Shown: in pieces, positions 29,581 through 42,050 of the stretch | How the letters are laid out: each line of letters starts with the position of its first letter | Position numbering within the stretch: the stretch's first letter is position 1 | DNA from: Eledone cirrhosa | Taxonomy: Eukaryota | Assembly (NCBI GenBank): GCA_964016885.1 | Contig: OZ024742.1 | Span: 215,946,001-216,010,000 of the forward strand | Reading direction: 5' to 3' | DNA length: 64,000 bases | The notes under the pieces: generated by a model | Told to the model about the DNA's origin: nothing | Seen by the model: only the letters and a program-made list of their open reading frames with translations | Databases searched by the model: none | Program-made: the position numbers and the translations under genes

Positions 29581-32349
29581 TGTATGTATGTATGTATGTA
29601 TGTATGTATGTATGTATGTATGTATGTATGTATGCATGTATGTATGCATGTATGTATGAATAAATATTTGTGTGTTGTATATATGTATGTATATATGTAC
29701 GTATTAATGAATGTCAGTATGTATGTATGTATGTATGTATGTATGTATGTATGTATGTATGTATGTATGCATTCATGTATTACTCGTAATCTCCTTAAAA
29801 CTTGCGAAATTGTTTCAGCTACGCATTCAGACCTTGGTTGCGTACAGTTTGTGTTTTGTGGTTTGTCTTATATTATTGTCTGATAATTAAGATGAATGTG
29901 AGTTGTTCATGATATAGTATCGTGTATCTATTATGTAAGAGCGAGTTTTATGTTAGCTATTCTGTAGAGTATATGTTAAATATATTTCATAGGGTGATAA
30001 ATATAGAGATATTGTGTGTGAAAACAGTGTACTACTTAAGTTGTATGTGTCCACTGAAAATAATTTAGAATGGATAAAATCTTTATTATGGCTTGAACCT
30101 GCTTTACTAAGATACTATTGTCATTTGGGAAAACCATAACAATGCACAAGACCTGTATTAGTGTAAAATGATGTTTGCTAGGATTCTTCATATTTATATA
30201 TCTCTAGATACTTGAATATTCTAGAGAATCCCACAATGTTCATGTTCCCCCTGACTAGGGATCATACACATATTATTTGTCAGCTATTGAGGTTTCATCT
30301 GCTTGCATATACTCCAATGAATATAGGTAAACTCACTGTCATGTCTTCTGACATCTTCTGACGCAGCTAGATTGCAACATATGGCTCCGTATGTGTTCAC
30401 TGTACTTATAAAGGTTTCCTGATACGTGGCATTCATGCTTTGTGACTCTGCTTCAGAATATATCTCAAGTAATATCTAAAGTGTGAGTCATTTGTTCTGA
30501 AGCACGATGATCTTCCTTAGGATTCCCTTTTCAGCTTTAATCCTTGGAGAAAGGTTGGCACTGTTGCTTTCTGTAATCTGAAATATGCGACTATTTAGTG
30601 AATTTGTCTCTGGAAGTGTATCTGTACACGTGCGACATTTATATAGGCAATTGCCCATAATATTTATTTATTTAATTATCTCCATGTTGTTGCTTCTGAA
30701 TCTGTCTTTTCTGGTAAGTCTGTATAGTGAATAGAAGTTTGTCTTTTTCGTGTATAGAAATGTCTTGCAGTGGTGGGTGTAGCTGCTTTTCAAAGTGTCT
30801 AATACAATTCAACTAATCTAGTTTAAATTACACCAGGCATATTCCTTTATTCTCCAGAAGAACATATATTCGATGAGATCTAGCTTTGAAATTTTGTCTA
30901 TAGATTACATTCTGTATTTGATTCATACATATTACAGTTTTTTTAATAGAAGCTGAAAGCTGCTGCTGGATGAGATTGATATATTGCTAATTGTTTCGAT
31001 CATTTTTTTTTTTGTTGAATTCACACTTTAATACCATTCTATAAATTGGATATATTTATTTCGGATTATTTCTTCCATTCTAGCGGTCTCAGTGATCTCC
31101 AGATATTCATCGAAAATATTTATTATCAATTAATTTTCGTATTGCCCGGTCTACCCTACCAACACCCCACTCTTGAGAGTGGTTCTAGGGTATTTGCCAA
31201 GGTTTATAACGGCGATAGCCATATAGCACAAGTGGTTGTTTATGAACGCTTCCCACCTTGTACCCTATACATGTATAATTGATGTCTGCACTTACTAGGG
31301 CATGAATTAGACAGAACAAATTTTCTGAAACCATTTATCCTGGAAACATTTCCGTTGATATATGAATTATGATACAAAATGTTAATTCTTTGTTAATAAG
31401 AATTAAATTGTTTATCCATCGTGACATACTACATTTGCCGAAACTTACAATCAATTGTGTTAATTCATATATATGTTTAGCTCAAGAGTCTATAGATATA
31501 ATGTACTGCTATATGCGATGGTTACACTTTATCTAGGCAGTATATAAATTCTCTATCTGCTTGCATTCTTATAATATTGATGCCCTTCTGCAAACGTTGT
31601 GTTCCTCATGTAAATATATTTCTGTCGAGATATTGAGATATCATCTTCTTTCACATTTTGGCTAGAGCTCTCTAGAAGTTCGAAACAACAAGTGTCCAAT
31701 CCGTAACTTTTAGAAAAACCAGTCACTTTGATTTTTGGTAGGAGAATTGGTTTCCTTTCTTTGAATGCACTGGTATTTAAGATGTTCATTTTATTTAAGA
31801 TGTTCATTTCATCTATGTCCATGGTACGTAAACTCTGCTGGAGTTGTAGGAGCACGGTCTTGTGCATGTGAAATATGATGGAGCTCATCCTTCCAAATGT
31901 TTGGCCGTAGTTTCTTTCTATAAAAGAGTAAAACTGAGATGGGAAAAAAGAAAGAGATATATAGGAATAATCGAAAATCATTACTCGACTTGCAGTGATT
32001 TTATCTACCCCCATAGAATGAAATGTTAAGTTAATATACATTATATATTTTGACTTTCGATTAATCTGTCTGGAGTTTGTTTCCATATGAGGCGTGTTTT
32101 TTTTTTGATTTTCACGTTTCTTCCTTATATTGAATTACACGCTGTGGATTACCTTTTTTGGTGCTTCATTTTCTGAGGTCTATATTCTACTTTTAATTGA
32201 TATGAGATGTATCTCTCTAAAAAATGTATATAATTCTATTTATGTTATTTTCTAAGTTTCTTCATGCATTGACCTGCGTTGTAACTAATATTTCATTCAT
32301 GATGTGTTAAATTCACATGCGTCTTTTTCTCCTTTACTATTAATATCTC

Positions 32350-32625
32350 CCTATTGCGGCCCACGAAGCTTTCTGAATGGCTTGCCTAAGTCACCTAAGT
32401 AAAATCTTTTTTCACCACAACTTTTCAGTCGTAATTTATTTTTCTATCATTTTTACGATCGAGAATAACAACGTATACGAATTTTGAAGAAACAAATCAA
32501 AGCAATCTGAGTTACCACCCTTCTTTAATGTGGGCACAAATGTAAATTAGCGCCTACGGCCCGCCTGATGATAAGCCATGTCTCATGCGGCCCGCTTCTC
32601 GAAAAAGGTTGCACATGCCTAGTCT
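32350..32625. mobile_element. Probable hAT-type DNA transposon end
   Basis: Repeated GCGGCCC subterminal motifs followed by AAAAAGGTTGCACATGCCT. Confidence 0.45.
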
Positions 32626-33852
32626 ATATACTCTGTTCTCCCGATATTTGTGTTGTATTATGTTGCTGTCTGGACTTCAGCTTAACGCTTCATAATTTTA
32701 TGTTCCTATTCAGCTTAATTATTTGGTTGCTTTCTCAAATATCTTCTCTTGTGTTTGATATTGTGCACTTCAATCGGATAGTTTTCATAATTAGATTCCT
32801 TTAACTAAAGGGATGAACTTAGATGTAAATAAGGATTTTGTAACCTTTATATATTCCACTCTGGTTAATGTCTGCCTGACTCATTTGTTTATATCGTTGC
32901 TATTGTGATTTTGAGGCGCATCAGTAAATCCTTCCTTGCTGAGTGGTTCTCGCTTGATTAAAACTTATTGCAGAAATGTTTCTTAGTTTATCTTTCAACT
33001 GTAAAGAACTTTTGAAATTTCGTTGCCATAATACCTGTAATAAGGGTAGGTTGAGAATATCGATATTACACAGGCAATGAATATACACCTAATATAGTCG
33101 AAACGTTAATAGTTTTCTACGTAAACTAGTCGCTATTTTCCTGTGTGTAAGTGTAGCATGAACAGATAAAAAGTGATGAATTAACATCAAACGTAACATC
33201 AAGATGAGCATTTTATTACGAGTTTTCTGCAATTAACAACCGTCCTTTTTAAAATAATATTGCTGTTGATAACATCGTCGAGGATTTCTAACAAATTCCC
33301 TATAGCCGGATGATATTTCTAATAGAAAATTGAGGTACAAGCAGTATTCATATAACAAAATGTTATTATTAGGATTATATTATGCAAGATAACTAGTGGC
33401 GTTTCTGATATATATTTTGTTTATTCGTACCTTTACATATGTTATATGAGGAGTTCACAATTTTCAATTAAATGGGACTTTCAATTAACTGGGATTAGAA
33501 AACAGGATCTCCCTCTCGGTGTGTTTCAATCTAAAAACAGAAAGCAAGTGAAATAGCTAAAAACGCAAATCAGTAATTTAGAACGATGGAATGTTTGGAG
33601 GCGTTTTGAAAGCCAACTTGTGAAACGAATAGATAAGTTCTGATGATATTCAAGGTCCCTCAACGAAGCATATTATATTCAGTCGACAACACCTATGAGC
33701 GATCCTTCTATACAGATTGATAGAAAAACGTGTGATATCGATTATACAAATCAACTACTAGTCCCAGATGTACCACCGGGGAGCGTTCTGCATAATAAAT
33801 ACACAGTCTGAAGGGTATTGCATCAGTATTTGTAGTGAGCTGAACAGCTACC

Positions 33853-33898
<46 letters not shown>

Positions 33899-34279
33899 CA
33901 TACATACATATAGATATGCATATATATATATATATGCATATATATATGTGTGTGTGTATGTGTGTGTGTGTGTGTGTGTGTGTACTAGTGTGTCTGTAAG
34001 ATTGTTCTTCTTTCTCATCTGCTATGTGTATATATGTTCAATGTCTATTTAATTGAAATGTTACTGATAAAAATCATTCACTCTCTATTATGATCTTCCA
34101 CATGGGACTATTCGCATTGATTATACATATAATATATCTCATATTTCTAGAGGAGATACGAACAAAATTGCGTGATGCGCATTTATATTAAGTGCATTAT
34201 CTTCACACCGCGACTATATGCATACTCAAACACACCCACGGGCGCGTGCACAAACACGCACAGATGCAAAAACACACAG

Positions 34280-34324
<45 letters not shown>

Positions 34325-34327
<3 letters not shown>

Positions 34328-34417
34328 GAACCAGTAAGACCCCGACGGCTGAGCTCAAGCCGTTTCGACGGCTAATGCGTTATGGTCCACCTGGTTCCTT
34401 ACCACATTTCCTTCGTT
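34325..34417. mobile_element. Family A foldback with internal deletion
   Basis: Inverted short arm joined directly to the distal tail TGCGTTATGGTCCACC. Confidence 0.75.
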
Positions 34418-34431
34418 ATATATATATACAT

Positions 34432-34473
<42 letters not shown>

Positions 34474-34569
34474 TAAATATAAATATATACATATACATGT
34501 ATACATATGTATACATATATACATATACATGTATACATATGTATATATATATACACATATACATACACA

Positions 34570-34740
34570 CACGAGGGCGTGCTGAAGGCCTATTGGCTTC
34601 GGGTAAAAGAAAATACAGGAGGATCAGTAAATTATGATATTATTCAACACATTCCCATCATAGTTATTGCAGCCGTGCTTCACTTTTTGTAAGGTCTATA
34701 AATATATCTCACATGGTTGGGCTTCCAACCAGAATTCTGT
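34570..34740. mobile_element. Mariner-like terminal fragment
   Basis: Starts ACGAGGGCGTGCTGAA, resembling mariner TIRs; no transposase seen. Confidence 0.4.
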
Positions 34741-34829
34741 AGCAGCGATCCAGCCAGGAACGTTTATATATGAGCAAAAAATAAACTGAGATATCGAAGA
34801 TAACAACACAGCGCAATAAAGAAATATAT

Positions 34830-34895
34830 TAGTTTGACGCTTGATATAGTAGAAAAAGTGTATTTACGTTTCAGACACTATTCTTTCATCATAAA
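34830..34895 (-). ncRNA. Degenerate hammerhead-like motif (family E)
   Basis: Minus strand reads aTGATGA-AAGAATAGTGTCT-GAAACGTA; the first core C is lost. Confidence 0.4.
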
Positions 34896-35009
34896 TGAAT
34901 GAGAAAATAAAAGCGGAAATAAATTGATAGAGACTTAGAAGGCGGAGTGGCGGAAAAAAAACTTTAAAGAAGTGTATCACATGTATAAGCAGTGTGGCAT
35001 TTTAGAGAA

Positions 35010-35041
<32 letters not shown>

Positions 35042-35114
35042 TAATAAGAGGTATTCCAACTTTGTCTGAATTCCTCTTAATAATATAATCTTCTATACAC
35101 AATCATACACACCC

Positions 35115-35147
<33 letters not shown>

Positions 35148-35152
<5 letters not shown>

Positions 35153-35356
35153 ATTATAATAAATTTGAAGACTAAAATCCAAAGAGGGCTCGATAAGGAT
35201 AAATATATATCAAATATATAAGAACCGTAGAGAAAATATTTATTAAAATAACAGATTAAAGTTAAGCAAAGAATCGCTGCTTTCACCCTTAACGGGATCT
35301 TCGTTAAGGGTGAAAGCAGCGATTCTTTGCTTAAACTTTAATCTGTTATTTTAATA

Positions 35357-35360
<4 letters not shown>
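35148..35360. mobile_element. Family C foldback element
   Basis: Apex ACCCTTAACG-GGATCTT-CGTTAAGGGT near 35298; other copies at 37707-37843, 39600-39778 and a fragment at 57480-57532. Confidence 0.85.
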
Positions 35361-35393
<33 letters not shown>

Positions 35394-35397
35394 ATAT

Positions 35398-35592
35398 AGG
35401 AAACAGTATGACCCAGACGGCAGAGCTCAAGCTGTTTCGACGGCTATTTCTGGACTGTCCAGAAATACCCGTCGAAACGGCTTGAGCTCTGCCGTCGGGG
35501 TAATAATTTTTCCTATTTCGCACTCTACTACCCTAAGTATTGAGTACTCTGGTGCGTTATGGTCCATCTGGTTTCTTACTCCAATTCCTTTG

Positions 35593-35594
<2 letters not shown>
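35398..35594. mobile_element. Family A foldback element (long right arm)
   Basis: Apex TTCTGGAC-T-GTCCAGAA near 35456. Confidence 0.85.
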
Positions 35595-35630
<36 letters not shown>

Positions 35631-36317
35631 TCATTTCGGAAGAAATAATTAAACAATCTCTATTGTTACAGATGAGCGGATTCGACCATCTCGTGCTTCA
35701 TCAATGAATATTATTCTTTTGCCTTAAATTCCGTCAAACCTATACTGGTCCTTGTTTATTTTCGCGTCTTTTTTATAATGAACTGTTATGGCTTTTTTTC
35801 GAATCGACTTTTTTATATAAAGCGCATCCATTTATTTTCGGTAATATGTATCATATCTAAATCATGTATCCGAGGTGAAAGGTTGAATTAGTTTTCCCTA
35901 ATTTTATAAAGATTTACTCAGGGGATGATGTTTGGTTCAAGTTTTCGTATCTTTCATTTATGTATTCTGTCTCCCTCACATGGACAATTCTCTATATTTT
36001 CCAATACTATTTTCTTTACAACTAAGACAGACAATGCAATGTATTGAAGGATTTGCTTTTTAACTCATTTCACCACACGTTGTCATTTTTTCCTCTCTTA
36101 ATTTCATCTTTTAAATAGTTTCCAAGTATTAAAGCTTTCGCTACTACATCTCCTATACAGGAGTATAGTAATTTTGCTCTTGTGAGGTTCTTTTTTATTC
36201 CTGGTTGGTGTTTGTTGTTCATGACTTAAGTGTCTATTCCATTTTGTATCGGATTGATAGATTTAACATAATGCTTTCTTTATTAACCACAAGCGTTGAT
36301 AGATATTAAATAATTCT

Positions 36318-36490
36318 TTCTACTTTTTGGCACAAGGCCAGCAATTATGCAGTGCATTACTGGTACTTTATTTTGTCGACCCCGTAAGGATGAAAGGCAA
36401 AGTTAACTTCTGGCGAGATGTGAACTCAGAATGGCAAGGGCCGTAACTCTATGCGTCAAAGCATGGCGTCCAATACTGCCAATCCACGAG
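36318..36490 (-). mobile_element. tRNA-derived SINE
   Basis: Same family as 3616-3799. Confidence 0.8.
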
Positions 36491-37614
36491 TAAATATGTT
36501 TGAAAGTTACATATAGCGAGTATAGACTAATGGAATGATATCTTCCTCGTGTTTTGGCTAGGTCTACTTTGTTGAGAAATTCCCAGTATTTTTGCTTAAA
36601 TCGCATCAACAATTAAATTATAAAGCTATTTTTGTAGGTTTAGATACTATTTAACGTTAATGGGTGAGAGTTTCAATCAGTATTACACATATTCCACTTG
36701 TATTCTATGCAATATGGAATGTTGAATTTGATTCGTGCATGAATAACATTTTAGAGTATTAATATGTATCCGTCTTTTTGTAAAAGATGCCTGATTTACT
36801 GCCGTTGCTGCATAATTTTATGTAGATATGAACAACGATAATTGTTTTTACCGGGATTATTTTAAGAAATAATGGAATTGGTTTAGAAGATTATAAATAT
36901 ACAAATTCTTATATATAAAAAGCAAATAGGGAAATCCCACTGGAGAACACTATAAAATTTACAGGAATAGCAAATTAAAATTAATTTCAATTTTATAAAT
37001 GTTTTAGGGACAATCCAAAATAAAGAAGACAATGGCAAGCCATTTTTATTAAGGAATTCATTCTGGGAAGGAATTATAAGAGCTATAAAAAAACAGAGAG
37101 GGAAATAATGATGGGGAATTTCCACTTTGACAGATTTTCTAAAAACTATTATTAAAACTTGATCAATCCTTCAGGGAGAGCAATCTCACGATTCAAGAAA
37201 TTAACAGTGTTTTATTACTTCATGTAATAACGAAACTGTATTAAAATATTATTCTATACGCCAGCGAAAACATGATATGAATCCATACAGATATATACAC
37301 ATGTAGACGCGCATATTTATATTGTTGATGAATTTCAAATGCGGTTCTGTATTTCCAAACTTCAATTTATTAAATAACGACTGTTATGTACATTTTGGAG
37401 GCGTCAGATGATAGTTCCGCAAGAATAGTATACATTGGACACGTCATCATCAGGCGGTATTTTAGAAACCTGGTAATATGCAAATCGTAGTAGGCAAATT
37501 ATTGAATGTTCAAAATATACTTCTGTATGGTTTACATTTTCAAATCTCTTTTCATCGATATATCTCTGTCTCCCAAACCATCTCTATCTATACATATATA
37601 TATCTATCTATCTG

Positions 37615-37645
<31 letters not shown>

Positions 37646-37646
37646 G

Positions 37647-37706
<60 letters not shown>

Positions 37707-37714
<8 letters not shown>

Positions 37715-37839
37715 TAACAGATTAAACTTTAATCTGTTATTTTAATAAATGCATATTTGCTCTACGGTTCTCATATATTTGATATATATTTATCCTTATC
37801 GAGCCCTCTTTGGATTTTAGTCTTCAAATTCATTATTAT

Positions 37840-37843
<4 letters not shown>
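37707..37843. mobile_element. Family C foldback, apex collapsed
   Basis: TATTAAAATAACAGATTAAA-C-TTTAATCTGTTATTTTAATA, plus a tail with GAGCCCTC. Confidence 0.8.
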
Positions 37844-37870
<27 letters not shown>

Positions 37871-39550
37871 CCAATGTATTAAGATAGCCAAGCTCTGTCA
37901 GAAAACTTGTCCGATCTCTGGAAAAGGTTGTCTGATCCTAAAAAACAAGAGAGACAAAATATATGTACCTGTTGTGGTACCTGGGCTTGCATGATACACA
38001 CAAACGCACACACACACATACACACACAGATTATATAACCATTGACTTCAAAACTCAGGCCACTTCGTTTAAGTCCGTATAGCCCAACAGAACAAGTCTT
38101 AGAAGCTTCTGTCTTAGATAATGTAGTCCTGCTTACACCCAAAATGTTGTGATGCTCCTGACTAAAGGAGGGATATGCTCTTCTAGAATACCTTTTTATT
38201 ACGAATTTCTTGATGTAAAGAAGTTTCAATATGCTTGCACATATATTTTCTATGCAACATATATACACTACATATATGTAGCTTGATAAATATTTTGAAA
38301 TTGTTTATCTGAAACAATGTTATTGTAGTGTTGCTTTCGGTTCTGTTATGTCTGCAAAGTCTGTTGATTACTAAAGATTTTTTCCCAACATTTGATAGCA
38401 ATCACAATAGTGACAATAATCAGGTACGATCGTCTGCATTGCTTTCCATTTGCATTGCAGTAGAAACATTCGTTGTTTTAGAATGAGAAAATGAACTTCA
38501 CAAGATTTTAGAAGAATTTGATATAAATCCGAGGCACATGCAACATAGGCTTAAATGAAGAATGTATTTTTTCTTAATAAAAATGTTGGTATGTTTATAT
38601 TTTAATGTATTAAAAGTTTCCTGTAAATGAACTGTTGAAAATATGAGAAACCATTTCAAATTATTTTACTTATCAAATAGATTGGAATTAAAAGAAATGG
38701 AAATTTTGCGCCATGTCAATTACTGCCCTCGACAGCAAATAACTATAGCTTTACCTTGCTCGGCTTTTGTTTCTTAACTATAATGATAATAACTTATAGG
38801 TGACATGGCTACAGGTTCCTGTTTCTCTTCTGAAATTGTTTCCTCTCAATTTTCTTCATGATTCATGCCTTTAATAAAAGTTTTCAGAAAAAATTTTTCG
38901 AAGAAGATTGCCTTTGTGTTGTGGAGTTAATATACTGTACGCTAATATACTGTATGCTAGTTGTCGAAATGACATTTGATTCCTTATGTTATGTCGTCTA
39001 ATACAGCCAACAGATTCAAAGTATCTTAATCGAGATTCGATAATCATTTATAGAAATTAGTTTATTTTCTAGTTGAATGAAAGTCAATATGTAACAAATA
39101 TGTGTCACATAAGTTATCAATCCACCAAAGCCTAGACTGACAGCCTCATGTTAAAAAATTTAATCGATAAACACAAACAATCGAATCAACCTATTGTTCA
39201 ACAGTTATAGATTAATCACGACACGTGCATAACTATTTATTTAATTGTAGTTTGATTAATTTGTTGTTAAACGCACAAAGTCGCATATTGTATATAGTAT
39301 GCTTAATTATACATTTACTGTAATTTTTTAAATTATGGTCGCCACAAATATGTGAGTGTATATCTATCTCTTTATCACCGCCCCCACGCACACACACACT
39401 CCCTCTTTCTCACTCTCTCTCTCACTCTCTCTCACTCTCTCTCTCCCTCTCTCCCCCTATCTCTCTTTCTCTCTTTCTCTGATATACATATATACATATC
39501 AAACATTCATGTATACATACATACACACAAACACACACACATACATTTAT

Positions 39551-39599
<49 letters not shown>

Positions 39600-39602
<3 letters not shown>

Positions 39603-39778
39603 TTATTAAAATAACAGATTAAAGTTTAACCAAAGAATCGCTGCTTTCACGCTTAGGCGATTCTTTGCTTAAACTTTAATCTGTTATTTTAATACATATT
39701 TGCTCTTGGGTTCTTCTATATTTGATATATATTTATTCTTATCGAGGCCTCTTTCGATTTTAGTCTTAACATTTATTA
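39600..39778. mobile_element. Family C foldback
   Basis: AAAGAATCGC...GCGATTCTTT apex; TA-flanked. Confidence 0.8.
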
Positions 39779-40930
39779 TATATATATATATATATATACA
39801 TACTTTCATTTATATATATATATATATATATACAATGATATTAAATAAATGTAAACTATATTTATAAATCCATATTTATTCTATTATATATATATTTCAA
39901 GGGTACCATAATTTTGGTACGCTATCATCATATAAAATACGAAGTGGATCTTATAAATGTTGACATAACCAAGGAAAATATACCTTAACGGTTCAAGTAT
40001 TCCTTGGATAATGAAGGGATAAGAGAAAAAAGTCAGATATTTCAAATTATTAAGACGAGTATGCAAATGAGTTTTAGGTAAAAGGCCTGAATAAAACGTT
40101 ATTTTAGACGCTATGGATAATTTAAATAATTATTATAAGTTTGTTCATACGTAGGAAAGAAGAGAAAGGAAGAAGAGCTAGCATTTACGTTAATTTGGGA
40201 GGAAAAAGTGGAATATGATTCCAGAGTTTAAATTTAAATTTATTTACCTATATTATTATATATTGTATATATAATCAATTAGATTATATGAAGAATTATG
40301 GTTGTAAGTATTTTTATCTTATTACATTACGATAGGGTATATGTATATACATATCTATATAGATTAATAATTGCGTATGTATTAGTATTATAGAGATAAT
40401 TTACAATTATTAGTTGTTTATATATCAAATATGAGTTGTTTATATATCAGAATATTGTCAATTTAGCGAAGGTATATAGATTATCAAGCATAATATGTTT
40501 ATGTTTGCACGATTGAGAAAGGAAAGATAACTCCAATTTTGTTTGTTAACCGTTATAGAGAAAATTATATGTTATTTTAGTCGAAAGATGTGTGAATGTT
40601 TGAATAACAAAAACAGAGGAAAAACGTAATGTGCTTTTCGAAAATCTATCGTAAAGAGGATAATTTTCAGAATGTCATTTAAAGATTATCAATCCACATC
40701 TAAAAAAATATATTTAGAGGGGTGTCATTAGAAAAATAATGCCAGAATTAAAAATAATGTCAGAATTAAAATAATGTCAGAATTAAAAATATTAAATATA
40801 TATATTCAAAATATTAGAAATATTAGAAATATTTTAAAAATTTTGAAATATTAAAAATATTAAAAATATTAAACAAATTTACATTTAAAATTTTAAAAAG
40901 GTAGGATCATTTTGAAGGTGTATAGGAATA

Positions 40931-41600
40931 TTATGAATTAAAAATAGTTCTGAAAGTGGAATTTTCGCGATGTCTGCAAGAAGAAAATAATTCTGTTCTG
41001 AGATTAATAGAGTTTTGACAGTTAATTATATAAAAAAATTCTTCGATACATAATTTACAGAATCTTGATAAAGCCATATTACGGTATGCAGGTGCTTTCG
41101 AAATCGTTCGCCAATATATTGAATAGTCTATATTTTTGTGTTTTAAGTTCAAAATTAGATGTGAAAGTGAAGTAGAAGATTTTTTTTATCAGATCTCCTA
41201 AATGTATGATTATGGTTATTCCAGCGTTCTTTAAATTTTGTTGAAGTGGCACCAACTTAGTTAAACATTTTGTCTCTAGTTTTAACTGTGCATTTATAAA
41301 CTACGTTTTTGTCTAAACAATTATTTTGTAAAGGGCAGTTTGATTTGATTCTACAGTTACATTTACTGGAGTCATTGTTGTTCAGAACGGTACTATTATT
41401 CTGAATATTGTCGTTCAAACGGTACTATTATTCTGAATATTGTTGTTCAAACGGTACTATTATTCTGAATATTGTTATTGCTATTTTGGTTAGTTTGGTT
41501 AGGGTTTAAATTTAAGTTTCTATTATTAATTCTATTTATATTTTGTGCTATGTTCATAGTAGTAGAGTAAGATAGTTTTATAGTGTGTCTGTTAAAATAG
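40931..41600 (-). pseudogene. PLE linker plus GIY-YIG endonuclease remnant (stop and frameshifts)
   Basis: FNRHTIKLSYS...CNCRIKSNCPLQNNCLDKNVVYKC..*VGATSTKFKERWNNH...CKLCIEE..NLRTELFSSCRH. Confidence 0.8.
41380..41476. repeat. About 32-bp tandem repeat, three copies, inside the PLE linker
   Basis: GTTCAAACGGTACTATTATTCTGAATATTGTT repeated. Confidence 0.85.
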
Positions 41601-41754
41601 AATAAATATAATAGAATAAATATGGTTTTATAAATATAGTTTCTATTTATTTAATATCACTGAATATTATACTCCAGAAAATCTCTCGAGTGCTCTGAAT
41701 CAGTTATAAACATTTATATTTGTTGAATTACCAACAAATTGAATATCCCTTCTG

Positions 41755-41806
<52 letters not shown>

Positions 41807-41813
<7 letters not shown>

Positions 41814-42050
41814 ACAGGAGGCTGGACTGGTGTAAATCCTTGAAAGGTTTATGGATAAACCTTTCATGGATTTACACCAGTCCAGCCTGCTGTTATTTTA
41901 TGTATAATTAACTCAGTATTCGCACCACCAACTACACAAACGAAGACGGGTGAACTGCACTACGTTGAGTACTCTCCACAATATTACACCAAGATTGACC
42001 ATACGGAATGACCAACTCTATCCAGTGGTGAACCAACAAACCTAAAGAAA
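41807..42050. mobile_element. Foldback (46-bp arms) with 3' tail in (TA)n
   Basis: TAAAATAACAG...GGTTTAT-GG-ATAAACC...CTGTTATTTTA; tail has GAGTACTC at 41967. Confidence 0.8.

Larger units (their letters stand above)
39832..41757 (-). mobile_element. 5'-truncated Penelope-like element with family B pLTR downstream and inverted pLTR upstream
   Basis: Family B sequence at 39832-39990 with a degenerate hammerhead core at 39885-39940; GIY-YIG remnant; inverted family B at 41610-41757. Confidence 0.8.

Noticed and set aside
31553-32086. 177-aa ORF on the minus strand
   Set aside because: No recognisable domain. A possible splice acceptor near 31935 cannot be supported without transcripts.
32565-32610. 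CTGATGA...GAAA
   Set aside because: No stem I or stem III/NUH triplet; lies in a hAT-like terminus.
37879-38470. Cys/His patterns resembling zinc fingers on the minus strand
   Set aside because: Spacing is broken by stops and substitutions; not distinguishable from chance.
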